DNA from: Candidatus Micrarchaeota archaeon
Lineage (GTDB): Archaea > Micrarchaeota > Micrarchaeia > Anstonellales > Bilamarchaeaceae
Assembly: GCA_018812715.1 (NCBI GenBank)
Contig: JAHJCT010000011.1
Location: forward strand, 114,614-178,613
Length of the DNA: 64,000 nucleotides
Reading direction: 5' to 3'
Numbering within the stretch: position 1 is the stretch's first letter; every line of letters begins with the position of its first letter. The notes under the pieces are model-generated. The model was not told where the DNA came from. It saw only the letters and a program-made list of their open reading frames with translations, and ran no database searches. This document shows positions 26,306-36,509 of the stretch, piece by piece. The position numbers were made by a program, and so were the translations under genes.

Positions 26306-28981
26306 ATGAATAAAATGTCTATTTTTCTTTTATTATTGACGTTCGTTGGCTTTGCATCGTTTAGTAATGTAACTGACAATGTCAATTTGGAATGGTCTGA
26401 TAATAATTTCCAAGCAGTTGATATCGCTGTTGGAAATATTGATGATGATCCACAACTTGAAGCTGTTATAGTAGGAACAGCAGGATCAGCTTGGGAAGAG
26501 ATGGGAATTGCAGTATTTGAATTGTCTTCTGATGCAATAACCTTTGAAGATAGTTTTTATCTTTCTCCTAGTGCACCACTTGATGCATATTATCCAACAT
26601 CAGTAATGCTGTGTGATGTTGACAATGATGGGACTAAAGACATTGTTACTGGCGGGTATATCGACTGGGGCGTCATAATGGATAAAGGCTTTATTTACAC
26701 TTATGAATTTGATGGAACTATCTCTCCGCAATATGATTATGATTCAATGAGCTTTACCAGGATTGAAGCGATAGGTGCAAGACAAAGTGCAACTGGATGC
26801 AGCATACATGCGGCTGGAACAAAGAATACTCCTGGACACCAAAGAGAATATACTGCCATTTTTAATGCCGCCTCAGGCATTTTAAATATGACTCATGAAT
26901 TCACAAAAGATTGGTTTACTGATTCAAGTGCTTATGGAATTGATTTCTTCCAAAATGGAACTGTTGTGACTGCTGGAACTGCTGAGGGCGGATGGGTAGG
27001 CAACCAATATGTCAGCCTTACAATAAATCCAGGAAATCTTTCACATACATTTGGTTTCACGGGAACAAACAAAGAAGCAACATCCCTTGTAATAGCAAAT
27101 ATTACTTCATCAGATCCAGAAGAAATTATCATTGGTGTTGATAGCTCTTCTATAATTACTGATACTGCCTATTTGTATGTCTTTAATAATAGCCTTAGCC
27201 AGTTAGCATATGTTTCATTTCCTACTGGTTATGGACTCTACAATTCATACTTAAATGATGTAGAAGTGTGCGACATTGATAACGATGGAGCAAGAGAGGT
27301 TTTTGCAGCTGTTGAATATCACACCAGCAGAGTATACAGCATGTTAAAAGGACACAATACCTTACAGATTTTCCATCTTGTTGGTCTTTTGGGAACATCT
27401 GAATATAATACTACAACTATAGGGGCCGGTTATGAATCTAGTCTTCAAGCACTTCGTTGTGCAAATACTGATGATGATACAAGAATGGAACTTGTTAGTG
27501 TCATAAATCTTGCTAATAGTACAAATAGTGACTATAAAATTGTGCTTGCAGTGTTAGAAGATGAACCGATAGTTCCAGAAATTACTGTGATCTCACCTTC
27601 TGATGGAGAAGCACTTAGTGGTATGTTTACTCCATCAATAAATGTCACTGATGATGCCGCTCCAGGCGATCTAATAGTACAATACAGAATCATTTCATCA
27701 AATATGACAAGTTATTACCAAACCATGAATAATACTAATTATCATTTCTATGCAACTGTCAATCTTTCATCTTACCCTGGTGGTGGGTATACACTTCAAT
27801 TCAAGGCAACAGATGATGAAGGCAATGAAGATATTGAAGCAGTTCACTTCTTTGTAGACAATACTCTCCTTACAGTAACTCTAGTTCAGCCTGCTGAAGG
27901 ATCAATTATTGCTCCAGGAACAGAACTATACTTCTCCAGTTCGCATCCACTTATTTCTTTCACATACTCTATAGACAATGGCACTACAAATGATACCTTA
28001 AGTGCACCTTATTTAGTTGAAACAGGTACTTGGGACGATGGACCAACATATGTAGATGTGTGGGCTGAAAGTATAACTGGCCAACTTTTCCATGATGTTT
28101 TTGAAATTGCCATAGATGGAACAGCACCAGAAATAACTGCATATCCATCTGATCTTACAATCTATCCTGGTGAAAATGTTGCAATCTTTGTACAAGATTA
28201 TGCACTTGGCTCACTTGTTTTTGAATATAGCAATTTCTCCGTAGATTATACTGGTGCTTCACTACCCATTGTACTTGACACCAGTAGTTGGGACGCAGGA
28301 ATATTTGGTGTAAGAGTTATTGCAATAGATGTTGCCGGCAACCCATCAACCGAATATTTCGGATTCAATGTTTTAGCAGCAGAAGTGCCGTCTGAACCTG
28401 CAGGGAACCAGAGCATGGCGAACCTTAGTGCTGAAGTTGCTGATTTGATAGGTACTGTTGAACAAGAAATTGCAGATGCAGTTGCTGCAGGTGAAGAAAC
28501 ATCACTTGCAAAAAAAGCATTAAGTGAAGCAAAGCGGCTTTTTTCTCTTGGTAAATATAAAATGGCACAACGAGCAGTTCTTGATGCAAGGGATAAGATA
28601 GGCCAATCAGTTCCAGGCGAAACTCCTCCGACAGAACCTCCGCCAACAGAACCGCCCCAACAGCCTCCGGTTCAGCCACCTCAACAACCACCGCAGCAAC
28701 CCCCGGCAAAACCCCAACAACCTCCGGCTGAAGAAATTCCAGAACAAGACAATACAATACTGCTTGCAGGTGCATTATTACTAGCATTACTGGTGCTTGC
28801 AGCATTAGCCTACTTTGTTTTAAGGAAACCTAAACCTCCTGCTGAACCTCCAGTAGAGGAAACTGAACCAGAAGAATTTGAAGCACAAAAAATAGCTGAA
28901 CCTCAAGAAGTAAAGCTCGAGGAATTACTGGCACAAAAAGCAAAGAAAAAGCGAAGGAAAAAGACTAAGAAAAAGAAGTAA
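26306..28981 (+). CDS. large secreted surface protein with FG-GAP/propeller-like repeats, Pro-rich linker, TM anchor and polybasic tail
   Basis: Signal peptide. CDVDNDGTKDIV and CDIDNDGAREVF are FG-GAP/VCBS-like Ca-binding repeats. Linker PPTEPPPTEPPQQPPVQPPQQPPQQPP, TM LLAGALLLALLVLAALAYFVL, tail KKKRRKKTKKKK. Confidence 0.5.
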   Translation: MNKMSIFLLLLTFVGFASFSNVTDNVNLEWSDNNFQAVDIAVGNIDDDPQLEAVIVGTAGSAWEEMGIAVFELSSDAITFEDSFYLSPSAPLDAYYPTSVMLCDVDNDGTKDIVTGGYIDWGVIMDKGFIYTYEFDGTISPQYDYDSMSFTRIEAIGARQSATGCSIHAAGTKNTPGHQREYTAIFNAASGILNMTHEFTKDWFTDSSAYGIDFFQNGTVVTAGTAEGGWVGNQYVSLTINPGNLSHTFGFTGTNKEATSLVIANITSSDPEEIIIGVDSSSIITDTAYLYVFNNSLSQLAYVSFPTGYGLYNSYLNDVEVCDIDNDGAREVFAAVEYHTSRVYSMLKGHNTLQIFHLVGLLGTSEYNTTTIGAGYESSLQALRCANTDDDTRMELVSVINLANSTNSDYKIVLAVLEDEPIVPEITVISPSDGEALSGMFTPSINVTDDAAPGDLIVQYRIISSNMTSYYQTMNNTNYHFYATVNLSSYPGGGYTLQFKATDDEGNEDIEAVHFFVDNTLLTVTLVQPAEGSIIAPGTELYFSSSHPLISFTYSIDNGTTNDTLSAPYLVETGTWDDGPTYVDVWAESITGQLFHDVFEIAIDGTAPEITAYPSDLTIYPGENVAIFVQDYALGSLVFEYSNFSVDYTGASLPIVLDTSSWDAGIFGVRVIAIDVAGNPSTEYFGFNVLAAEVPSEPAGNQSMANLSAEVADLIGTVEQEIADAVAAGEETSLAKKALSEAKRLFSLGKYKMAQRAVLDARDKIGQSVPGETPPTEPPPTEPPQQPPVQPPQQPPQQPPAKPQQPPAEEIPEQDNTILLAGALLLALLVLAALAYFVLRKPKPPAEPPVEETEPEEFEAQKIAEPQEVKLEELLAQKAKKKRRKKTKKKK

Positions 28982-29054
28982 CCACCTGAAAGAAGCATGG
29001 TTTCTTCAGGAATCATTTATAAACATTTAGTCTCACAATTACTTAGTTGATAAA

Positions 29055-29465
29055 ATGTACCGATTAGCTGTAAGACCATCTACAACGAAACCTCAACCAT
29101 CTTATCCATCTACGATCGAAGCGTTGAGAAATGGAAAAATCAATAAACCAATCTCTGCTTTAATCAAAATGATCGAAAAAGGGGATCCAACAGATAGATG
29201 GATGGCATGTGTTGAAATACATGATTTAGCCCTTGAAAATCCACAAAAAGCGGCACAAGCACTTCCAGCACTCTTAGATGCATTTGAAAAATGGGGGGCA
29301 GGAACCAAATGTGTTGTTGCTGAAACTTTAATAGCAATTGGTGATGCTCGTGTTTTACCAACATTAATGCGTGCAGTAAATCATGAAAATGCAGAAGTAA
29401 GGGAAAGAGTTCATTATGCACTTAGTGCTATTCCAGCTGTTTCTTTAGAAGTTATAAGACAATGA
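29055..29465 (+). CDS. HEAT-repeat (PBS-lyase type) protein
   Basis: Repeated ...[12 protein letters not shown].../...[24 protein letters not shown]... HEAT-like units. Confidence 0.45.
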   Translation: MYRLAVRPSTTKPQPSYPSTIEALRNGKINKPISALIKMIEKGDPTDRWMACVEIHDLALENPQKAAQALPALLDAFEKWGAGTKCVVAETLIAIGDARVLPTLMRAVNHENAEVRERVHYALSAIPAVSLEVIRQ

Positions 29466-29856
29466 TCCCTTTATCTCCATCAACTTCTACTTTTTGTCCA
29501 TTTTTCAGAATTTTGTAAATATCAGTTTCTGGTTTATCCACCATTGGTATTTTCGAGATTATTGCACCTACCGCGATTATTGGCTCTGCACTAATATTGA
29601 TTATTGCTGCAGGTGCCTTGCCATTTTTTGCAAGCTGGAGCATCACATAAGAACCCACTGTTGATCCTTTACCATTTGGAAAAACAAGAATCTTCCCGGC
29701 AATATTTTTTCCTTTTAATGGATGCCATGGCTCTATTATTTCACCGCTCGTTGGATCGACTCCACCAAGAAATCCAAGTGGTTCGTTGCTGATAAGAACC
29801 TCTCCGGAACCTTTTCCACGTGATATTGAACGACATTTGATCCCCATGATTATCAC
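29452..29856 (-). CDS. phosphomevalonate dehydratase small subunit (AcnX swivel domain, DUF126)
   Basis: 134 aa GKG-rich swivel-domain protein ([21 protein letters not shown]...) immediately downstream of, and overlapping, the DUF521 large subunit. Confidence 0.7.
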   Translation of the reverse strand: MIIMGIKCRSISRGKGSGEVLISNEPLGFLGGVDPTSGEIIEPWHPLKGKNIAGKILVFPNGKGSTVGSYVMLQLAKNGKAPAAIINISAEPIIAVGAIISKIPMVDKPETDIYKILKNGQKVEVDGDKGIIVL

Positions 29857-31022
29857 CGGTATAATATATCCTCAAGCTTGCCAAATGCAACCCTTTGCTT
29901 GCAAAGGCTCGGAAGATATTTGGCAGCCTTTCCTGAATTGGTTCCTGTAACATTGTAGCCCATTCTTTCCAGTGGACATACTACCATGCATGTATCCGCA
30001 ACAACCCTTCCTCCAGCCTCTTCTATTATTTTGCTATAACCAATCCTGTCGGCTTCTTCTTTTAATTTTCTCGAAGTGCATACCCAAAATTCACATGTTG
30101 GTTTTCTTGCTTCTACCATATTTGCTACTTCTCTTATCTCTTCAAGAGATGCATGCGGGCATCCAATGGTCACAAGCTGTGGTTTTTCTTTTGAATCAAG
30201 TTCTTTTTTTGAATTATTTAATTGAAATTCAGTGAAACTTATTTCTTCTGCATCTTCGGCAACATTATATTCTGGTGTAATATTTTCTACAAAGAAAAGT
30301 GGAACTGATCCGCTTGCTGCCATTGATGCTCCAAGTACTTTTAATTGCTCCTCAGTTGCAGATTTTATTCCAGTGAATGCAGGATATTTTCTTTTTGCTA
30401 ATTTACCAATAGCGAAACCCAAAGCACCAAAATCAGCAATATCCCCAAGCTTACATTGTACATTTACAATAACTGTTGCTACGCGGTTTTCATTCAAATG
30501 CAATCCGTAATTTGGCGTAACACCGCAAATTGCAGCTGCCAATGCTGATGGTCCGCCTTCACGATTTGTTCGTGCACCCAATACTGAATTTGCAAATGCT
30601 ACTGCACTGGATTCAGCCCATGCTATATGTTCCCCTTCCTTTGGTCTAATCCCTATGAAATACGGAGCACATGTACAAGTCTTCATTATCCCCATTTTTG
30701 AATATGCATCAAGAATTTGGATTTGTTTTTTAGCAAAATCTTCAGGAATCTTCATTTCTTTCCATTGTTCTATGTCCATTCCGGCAGGATTAAGGAAGGT
30801 TGGAATTCTTGTTTTTGCTCCTTTTTTTACTAAATCTTGTAAATATTCTAATCCGGCATCTCCAATTGTTTTGTAAGAAACCCCAGAAACTTGTGCACTT
30901 GTAATTGGAATCATTTTATCTGCATTGTATATTTTGCCCATGGCAACAAGTATCTCCATGGATTGTTGTACTGCTTCACCTAATTCGCCATCGTACATTT
31001 TCTGTTGTTCTTTAGTGAGCAT
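29853..31022 (-). CDS. phosphomevalonate dehydratase large subunit (aconitase X, DUF521)
   Basis: 389 aa AcnX-type protein with Cys ligands (…CTCAPY…, …CMVVCP…). Clustered with the UbiD/UbiX/IPK/MVK genes of the archaeal mevalonate route. Confidence 0.7.
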   Translation of the reverse strand: MLTKEQQKMYDGELGEAVQQSMEILVAMGKIYNADKMIPITSAQVSGVSYKTIGDAGLEYLQDLVKKGAKTRIPTFLNPAGMDIEQWKEMKIPEDFAKKQIQILDAYSKMGIMKTCTCAPYFIGIRPKEGEHIAWAESSAVAFANSVLGARTNREGGPSALAAAICGVTPNYGLHLNENRVATVIVNVQCKLGDIADFGALGFAIGKLAKRKYPAFTGIKSATEEQLKVLGASMAASGSVPLFFVENITPEYNVAEDAEEISFTEFQLNNSKKELDSKEKPQLVTIGCPHASLEEIREVANMVEARKPTCEFWVCTSRKLKEEADRIGYSKIIEEAGGRVVADTCMVVCPLERMGYNVTGTNSGKAAKYLPSLCKQRVAFGKLEDILYR

Positions 31023-31031
31023 TGCAATACC

Positions 31032-32324
31032 TCAAAGATAGTTCTCAGGATCAATTTTTTTCCATTTTCCTTTTTCAAAACTTTTCCGATCAGAGAGCGG
31101 TTTAGTGGCATCTAATCCCATCTTACTTGTTTCTCTTGTATTTGGATCTGCACTAGGGTCAAGTGAAGAACCTTTTTCATTTTTCTTTACTATTAAATCT
31201 TTATTTGCCTGGAATCTTGTAGCAATTGCCCATTCTACTTCCGCAGGATCATCCACGTCAATATCATCATCAACAATAACTACATGCTTCAGTGATTTAT
31301 GCCCTGCAAATGCCGCTTCTATTGCTTTCTTTCCATCCTCTTCATTTTCCTTTTTGATTGAAACAACTGCATGGAGCCAGGAGCATCCGCCAGGTGTTAT
31401 ATCCACTGCTTTGCATTCACAAATTTTATTCACTTCATTGAAGATTGTTGGCTCTCTTGGCATGCCCATAAGCACTTTGTGTTCAAGACCACCAGGCAAT
31501 AATACATGCCACATTGCATCGTTTCGGTGATACATTTTAGTTACTTTCATTACTGATTGCTTTCGTATAATATCATAAGTTTCTGTTAGATCAATAAATG
31601 GTCCTTCATTATGCATTTCCTTTGTTATTCTCCCTTCAAATGCAAATTCACAATCAGCAGGTACTTGTATTCCATTACTAAGCTTCACTGTTTTTATAGG
31701 AACAAGGGCATTAGCATACTCTAATTCATCCTGCCCTAATTTAGAAGAAATAGCTGCTGAAAGAAGTACATTGATTGGTGCTCCAACTACAAATGCAACA
31801 TCAAGCTCTCCTCCAGCTCTTTTTATGAATTCATCAAGATGTCTTGGTAAGATTCTCATTACTAATTTGTTTTTACCAATTACCATCATTCTGTGAAAAG
31901 AAAGATTTCTTCCAAATTCTTTATCCTGTGCTATGACAATTGCTGATGAAAGATACGGTCCACCATCTTTTTCTGCATGTAATGGAATTGGCAATTTAGA
32001 TAGATCAATGTCTTCAGTGCTGTTTTCCAAAACTGGTCCATCATTTACAAGTTCTGGCTTTTTAGGATTGTTTGTTGCATGGACAAGTTTTGCTATAAGT
32101 TCTTTCTTTTTTATTCCAAGATACTCACATATCAGTTCTCTTGTAGAAAATACATTTCCAACTGCTGCAAAATCAGCATCTTCTACTTCTGGAACATAAA
32201 CTACTTCTCCGTCTAGTGCATGCATAAGTCCAGCCAAATCTAAATTCTTTGAAACTGATTTTTTTGCAATTTTGATTCTTTTTTCCTTTTTCAGTTTTTC
32301 TATAAAGTCACGAAATGTTTTCAT
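31032..32324 (-). CDS. UbiD-family decarboxylase (putative trans-anhydromevalonate 5-phosphate decarboxylase)
   Basis: 430 aa UbiD-fold protein. Genomic context with UbiX and AcnX points to the prenyl-FMN-dependent decarboxylase of the archaeal mevalonate pathway. Confidence 0.7.
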   Translation of the reverse strand: MKTFRDFIEKLKKEKRIKIAKKSVSKNLDLAGLMHALDGEVVYVPEVEDADFAAVGNVFSTRELICEYLGIKKKELIAKLVHATNNPKKPELVNDGPVLENSTEDIDLSKLPIPLHAEKDGGPYLSSAIVIAQDKEFGRNLSFHRMMVIGKNKLVMRILPRHLDEFIKRAGGELDVAFVVGAPINVLLSAAISSKLGQDELEYANALVPIKTVKLSNGIQVPADCEFAFEGRITKEMHNEGPFIDLTETYDIIRKQSVMKVTKMYHRNDAMWHVLLPGGLEHKVLMGMPREPTIFNEVNKICECKAVDITPGGCSWLHAVVSIKKENEEDGKKAIEAAFAGHKSLKHVVIVDDDIDVDDPAEVEWAIATRFQANKDLIVKKNEKGSSLDPSADPNTRETSKMGLDATKPLSDRKSFEKGKWKKIDPENYL

Positions 32325-32856
32325 TTCCCCACCTTTTTGATAATTTATGTTTTACTCCAATTTGGTCAAGCACTCTTGCTACTATAAAATCAATTAAATC
32401 GTCTACTTTTTTTGGTTTTCCATAAAATCCTGGACATGCGGGGAGAATCACTCCCCCTGCTAACGTTATTCTCTCCATATTTTTTATTGTAATTAATGAA
32501 TATGGTGTATCACGAACTACTAATACTAATTTCTTTCTTTCTTTTAACACTACTTCGGCAGCTCTATTGATGAGGTTATCCCCGACTCCATTGGCTATCT
32601 CCCCCAAACTTTTCAAAGAGCATGGAATTACTATTAATGCGTCAGGTGGATTTGAGCCTGAAGCATAAGGACATGAAAAGTCATTTTCAGCATAATCTGC
32701 CTTTGGAAGTTCTGTTCCTTCCGCTTTGGCTACTTCTCTCGCGCCTTCGCTAACAATAACGCTGAGCTTTACACTACTATCATGTTTCAGAACTTCGACG
32801 AGCCTCCTTCCATACTCTAAGCCCGAAGCTCCAGTAATGGCTACCAGTATACGCAT
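32308..32856 (-). CDS. ubiX: flavin prenyltransferase UbiX
   Basis: MRILVAITGASG... flavoprotein fold, 182 aa, overlaps the UbiD start. Confidence 0.85.
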   Translation of the reverse strand: MRILVAITGASGLEYGRRLVEVLKHDSSVKLSVIVSEGAREVAKAEGTELPKADYAENDFSCPYASGSNPPDALIVIPCSLKSLGEIANGVGDNLINRAAEVVLKERKKLVLVVRDTPYSLITIKNMERITLAGGVILPACPGFYGKPKKVDDLIDFIVARVLDQIGVKHKLSKRWGNENIS

Positions 32857-32916
32857 AATATTTCGTTATATTTTTCTCTTTTAAATATAGTACGTAAACA
32901 ATAATCGTTCGACAGA

Positions 32917-34014
32917 TCACGTATTTTGTTCGAATATCATCAGATCCATCCCGTGATCTTTGTCAATTCTCACTTTTTGTGTTTTTATAAATTTGAATAA
33001 CCCCTCTATCCTGTATTTTATCTGATCTAATGAAAGCCGTGGTCTTTCTATGATTCTTCGTATCTTTTCAGACATCTCAGGTCCAACTATGAATGGGTTT
33101 TCTTCTGCAACAATAAGTTTTGCACCTTTTTTCATTCTAAAACCTACTGCTAGCAACGGTGCTATAAAAGACGTGTAAGCAGTAGCATTGAACATCAATA
33201 CGGTATTGAATTCTACATCCTTTGGAAGGTCATCACTATGTTCTATATCTCCGCAAATGAATTTTATTTCTGAACCATTATTCACAACTAATGGCGTTTC
33301 AAGTACTGAAGCCATCTTTCTTGCAAACCTAATCATTTCAGCTGAAGAATCAATACCTACGTATGTGAATGGTTCTTTTATCATTCTATGTAATTGATGT
33401 AAATTTCTTCCCGATCCACAACATAAATCTAGTATTGGTTCTCGAATATGTTCTCTTACCTTCATTAGTGCCATATGCTGAGCTCTGTAATGCCCACTTT
33501 CTAACATGTAATCATCAAATTCAAACGCAATTTCATTCCATTGATTTGTAAATGAAGCAAAAGAACAATTGTAATGATGAAGTGGCATGTACAAATCTAA
33601 AGATTTGTCCCATCCAAACGGCACTTCTTTTATGTTTAGTCCATCTTCCTTGAGTTTGTAGGTCAATATACTCATCATTCTTCTTGCCAGTTCTGGTTCT
33701 GCTGAATTTTCACTTAAATGAGCAAAGGCAGCAATAACTATCTCCTCTACACCAAGCATTTGACGTGATCTTAGAATTGCTTCTTTTACATCATCCAAAA
33801 GATCAAGTCCATTATCTCCTTTTTCAACACAAACAAAGACAAGCAGGGCATTTTCTGCTTTAGTCTCTTTATTTGAATCATCTAGAATTGGCAGGACTTC
33901 TCCAAGTCTCTCTCTTAGTTTATCTTCATTCCGTTTTCTTCCGCCGCCATTTTTTCCGCTCTTTGCACCTGCTTTAATGCGAAGATTCTGTGCATGCATA
34001 AACAACATTTTCAT
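32917..34014 (-). CDS. fusion protein: ThrRS-editing/DTD2-like N-terminal domain + class I SAM methyltransferase
   Basis: N-terminal about 150 aa (MKMLFMHAQN...ALLVFVCVEKGD...IVIAAFAHLSENSAEPELA...VPFGWDKS) resembles the archaeal ThrRS N-terminal editing domain/DTD2. C-terminal half has MTase motif I ILDLCCGSGR preceded by the YDxxM..GH block shared with two paralogs. Confidence 0.5.
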   Translation of the reverse strand: MKMLFMHAQNLRIKAGAKSGKNGGGRKRNEDKLRERLGEVLPILDDSNKETKAENALLVFVCVEKGDNGLDLLDDVKEAILRSRQMLGVEEIVIAAFAHLSENSAEPELARRMMSILTYKLKEDGLNIKEVPFGWDKSLDLYMPLHHYNCSFASFTNQWNEIAFEFDDYMLESGHYRAQHMALMKVREHIREPILDLCCGSGRNLHQLHRMIKEPFTYVGIDSSAEMIRFARKMASVLETPLVVNNGSEIKFICGDIEHSDDLPKDVEFNTVLMFNATAYTSFIAPLLAVGFRMKKGAKLIVAEENPFIVGPEMSEKIRRIIERPRLSLDQIKYRIEGLFKFIKTQKVRIDKDHGMDLMIFEQNT

Positions 34015-34132
34015 ATTCTCATCTCAAGTGTTAGTTCTTGATTATTAGTGTATTTCATCATATATTAATATTTCTAGCAAAAATTTACAAAAAATGAAAG
34101 CTTTTTATTAATTTTTATAAAAAATAGCAATT

Positions 34133-35104
34133 ATGAGCCTAGAAGATCTTGATTTAATAGACCATAAAATTTTGTCTCAGCTTGATACTGATGCAAGAAT
34201 AAGCTACAGTGCATTGGGAAAAAAAATAAGAGTTGCAAAAGAAACAGTGAAGTATAGGATTCAACTTTTACAAAAAAATGGTATTATTCAAGGCTATTAC
34301 ACTGTTTTGAATCTCTCTAAACTAGGCTATACAATATATCGAGCATATATCCGCCTTCAAAATACCTCGCCTTCAATTGAACAGGAAATTATCGATTATC
34401 TATTGAAATCAAAGAAAGTAGTTGTTTTTTATCGCGTTACTGGTCCTTTCAATCTTGCTTTAGGAGTATTAGCACACAATACTTGGGAATATGAACATTT
34501 TTGGCTGGATCTAAAAAAGCAATTTGGAGAATATTTTTCTGATTATCACTTTTCTGTTTTTACCGAGTATTTGGAGTTTTCTAGACCATATTTCCTTCCG
34601 TCTAAAGAAGCTGTAAAAAACATTTTCACAACACTGAAAAAAGCAGAAATGGAAAAATTAGATAAATTAGATCTCGAATTGCTATCTTTTCTTTCTGACA
34701 ATGCAAGAGCATCCCTTGTTTCAATTGCTAAAAAATTGAATACCAGTGTTGTTACTGCCCGCCATCGTTTGAAAAACTTAATTAATAAAAAAGTAATCAT
34801 AGGTTTTAGACCTATCTTTAATCTTCGGGCTTTAGGAAGAGAATATTACAAAGTAGATTTATGGTTCAAAAAATTTGATCACATGGAGGAAGTACGTCAA
34901 CACATTATTTCGCACCCTGACGTTGCATATACTGAACGCAGTGTTATTGGAAGTGATCTAGAGTTCGATATCGAAACAAAGAATTTTGAAAGTTTTATCG
35001 CTACCATGGATTCATTCAAAGAAGAATTTCCAAATGATATTCGTGATTATTCTTATTACTCACTTATCAAAAATTACAAAATGAAATATGCCCCCGGGCT
35101 GTAA
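34133..35104 (+). CDS. tandem-domain Lrp/AsnC-like transcriptional regulator
   Basis: Two consecutive HTH+RAM modules (LDLIDHKILSQLDTDARISYSALGKKIRVAKETV... and LDLELLSFLSDNARASLVSIAKKLNTSVVTARHRL...). Confidence 0.7.
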   Translation: MSLEDLDLIDHKILSQLDTDARISYSALGKKIRVAKETVKYRIQLLQKNGIIQGYYTVLNLSKLGYTIYRAYIRLQNTSPSIEQEIIDYLLKSKKVVVFYRVTGPFNLALGVLAHNTWEYEHFWLDLKKQFGEYFSDYHFSVFTEYLEFSRPYFLPSKEAVKNIFTTLKKAEMEKLDKLDLELLSFLSDNARASLVSIAKKLNTSVVTARHRLKNLINKKVIIGFRPIFNLRALGREYYKVDLWFKKFDHMEEVRQHIISHPDVAYTERSVIGSDLEFDIETKNFESFIATMDSFKEEFPNDIRDYSYYSLIKNYKMKYAPGL

Positions 35105-35115
35105 GCAGTTTTTAA

Positions 35116-35889
35116 GTGCTTTCCATCCATTCTTTTCTTATGAAAATACTCAAATTAGGCGGTAGTGCAATAACTGACAAAAAAGCCTATAAAAAGGCCC
35201 GTCTTGGCCAGATAAAAAAACTAGCAAAAGTAATTGCAGAAATCTGGAAAAAAGGAGAAAGAGATCTGGTAATCGTCCACGGTGCTGGTTCTTTTGGCCA
35301 TGCGGTTGTTCTTAAACATGATATCAATGGTGGCATAAACTCAGATAAACAACGTGTAGGCTATGCAGATACGCACGCTGCCTGTTCAGAACTTTCCTTG
35401 TTTGTTGTGAAAGCACTTATTGGAGAAGGCGTTCCTGCAATTTCAATTCCGCCAGCTGTAATTATCAAACAGAAAAACAAAAGAATTTGTGAATTTCGTG
35501 AAGGTATTTTGAACGATTATTTATCAGCAGATTACTTGCCCGTATTATACGGAGATATGGTGCCAGATAATGAACTGAGAGGTTCTGTGTGCTCTGGAGA
35601 TCAGATAATGGCTTGGTTGGGTAAAAATGCAGAATTCCTTGTTTTTGTAACAAATGTTGGCGGAGTTATGGACGATAAAGGAAATCTCATCCCTGAAATA
35701 ACAAAAAATAATTTTGAAGAGGTTTCTAAACATCTGAAGGAATCACCCAATGATGTTACTGGTGCTATGAAAGGAAAAATCAAGGAACTTTTAGATCTAA
35801 ACAAGACATCTTACATTGTCAACACTGATCCTGAAAGAGTAAAGGCACTATTGATGGGGAAAAAAACAACATGCACAAAAATAAAATAG
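35116..35889 (+). CDS. ipk: isopentenyl phosphate kinase
   Basis: Amino-acid-kinase fold: ILKLGGSAITDK...VIVHGAGSFGH. About 257 aa, clustered with MVK and the AcnX/UbiD genes. Confidence 0.75.
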   Translation: MLSIHSFLMKILKLGGSAITDKKAYKKARLGQIKKLAKVIAEIWKKGERDLVIVHGAGSFGHAVVLKHDINGGINSDKQRVGYADTHAACSELSLFVVKALIGEGVPAISIPPAVIIKQKNKRICEFREGILNDYLSADYLPVLYGDMVPDNELRGSVCSGDQIMAWLGKNAEFLVFVTNVGGVMDDKGNLIPEITKNNFEEVSKHLKESPNDVTGAMKGKIKELLDLNKTSYIVNTDPERVKALLMGKKTTCTKIK

Positions 35890-36509
35890 ATTTGATTCTC
35901 AAGCAAATGCATAATGAAGCCAAAAAAAGAAATGCACCAGTTTTTCGTGCAGAAGATTCTACAAGAACACCATTCCAAATTCTTGTTTTCACGATGCTTT
36001 CTGCAAGGACTAAAGATGAAACTACAATGAAAGTTGTAAATCGCCTTTTCAAAGAAGCAAAAACACCAAAACAAATTGTTTCTTTAGGAAAAAATAAACT
36101 TGAAAAATTACTCTTTGGTGTTGGATTTTATCGTGTAAAAGCAAAGAATCTTCTCAAGGTTTGCAAAATTATCGAAAAAACTGGCCAAGTGCCTGATACT
36201 TTAGAAGAACTTCTCAAGTTTCCCGGAGTTGGTAGAAAAACAGCCAACATTGTACTTGCACGGGCCTTTGGAAAAAACACTATTGGTGTTGATGTTCATG
36301 TTCACAGAATAAGTAATAGGTTAGGCCTAGTAAAAACAAAAAAGCCAGAAGAAACCGAAAAAGCTCTACTAAAGAAAATTCCTGAAAAATACGTGAATAC
36401 TTTAAATAGGAATTTTGTTGCATTTGGACAAACAATATGCCTTCCAAGAAATCCAATGTGCTCAATTTGTCCAATAAATAAGTTGTGCCCTAAGATTGGA
36501 GTCTACTAG
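35871..36509 (+). CDS. nth: endonuclease III (Nth) HhH-GPD DNA glycosylase
   Basis: HhH-GPD region (LLKFPGVGRKTANIVL) and C-terminal [4Fe-4S] CLPRNPMCSICPINKLC cluster loop. Confidence 0.85.
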   Translation: MHKNKIDLILKQMHNEAKKRNAPVFRAEDSTRTPFQILVFTMLSARTKDETTMKVVNRLFKEAKTPKQIVSLGKNKLEKLLFGVGFYRVKAKNLLKVCKIIEKTGQVPDTLEELLKFPGVGRKTANIVLARAFGKNTIGVDVHVHRISNRLGLVKTKKPEETEKALLKKIPEKYVNTLNRNFVAFGQTICLPRNPMCSICPINKLCPKIGVY

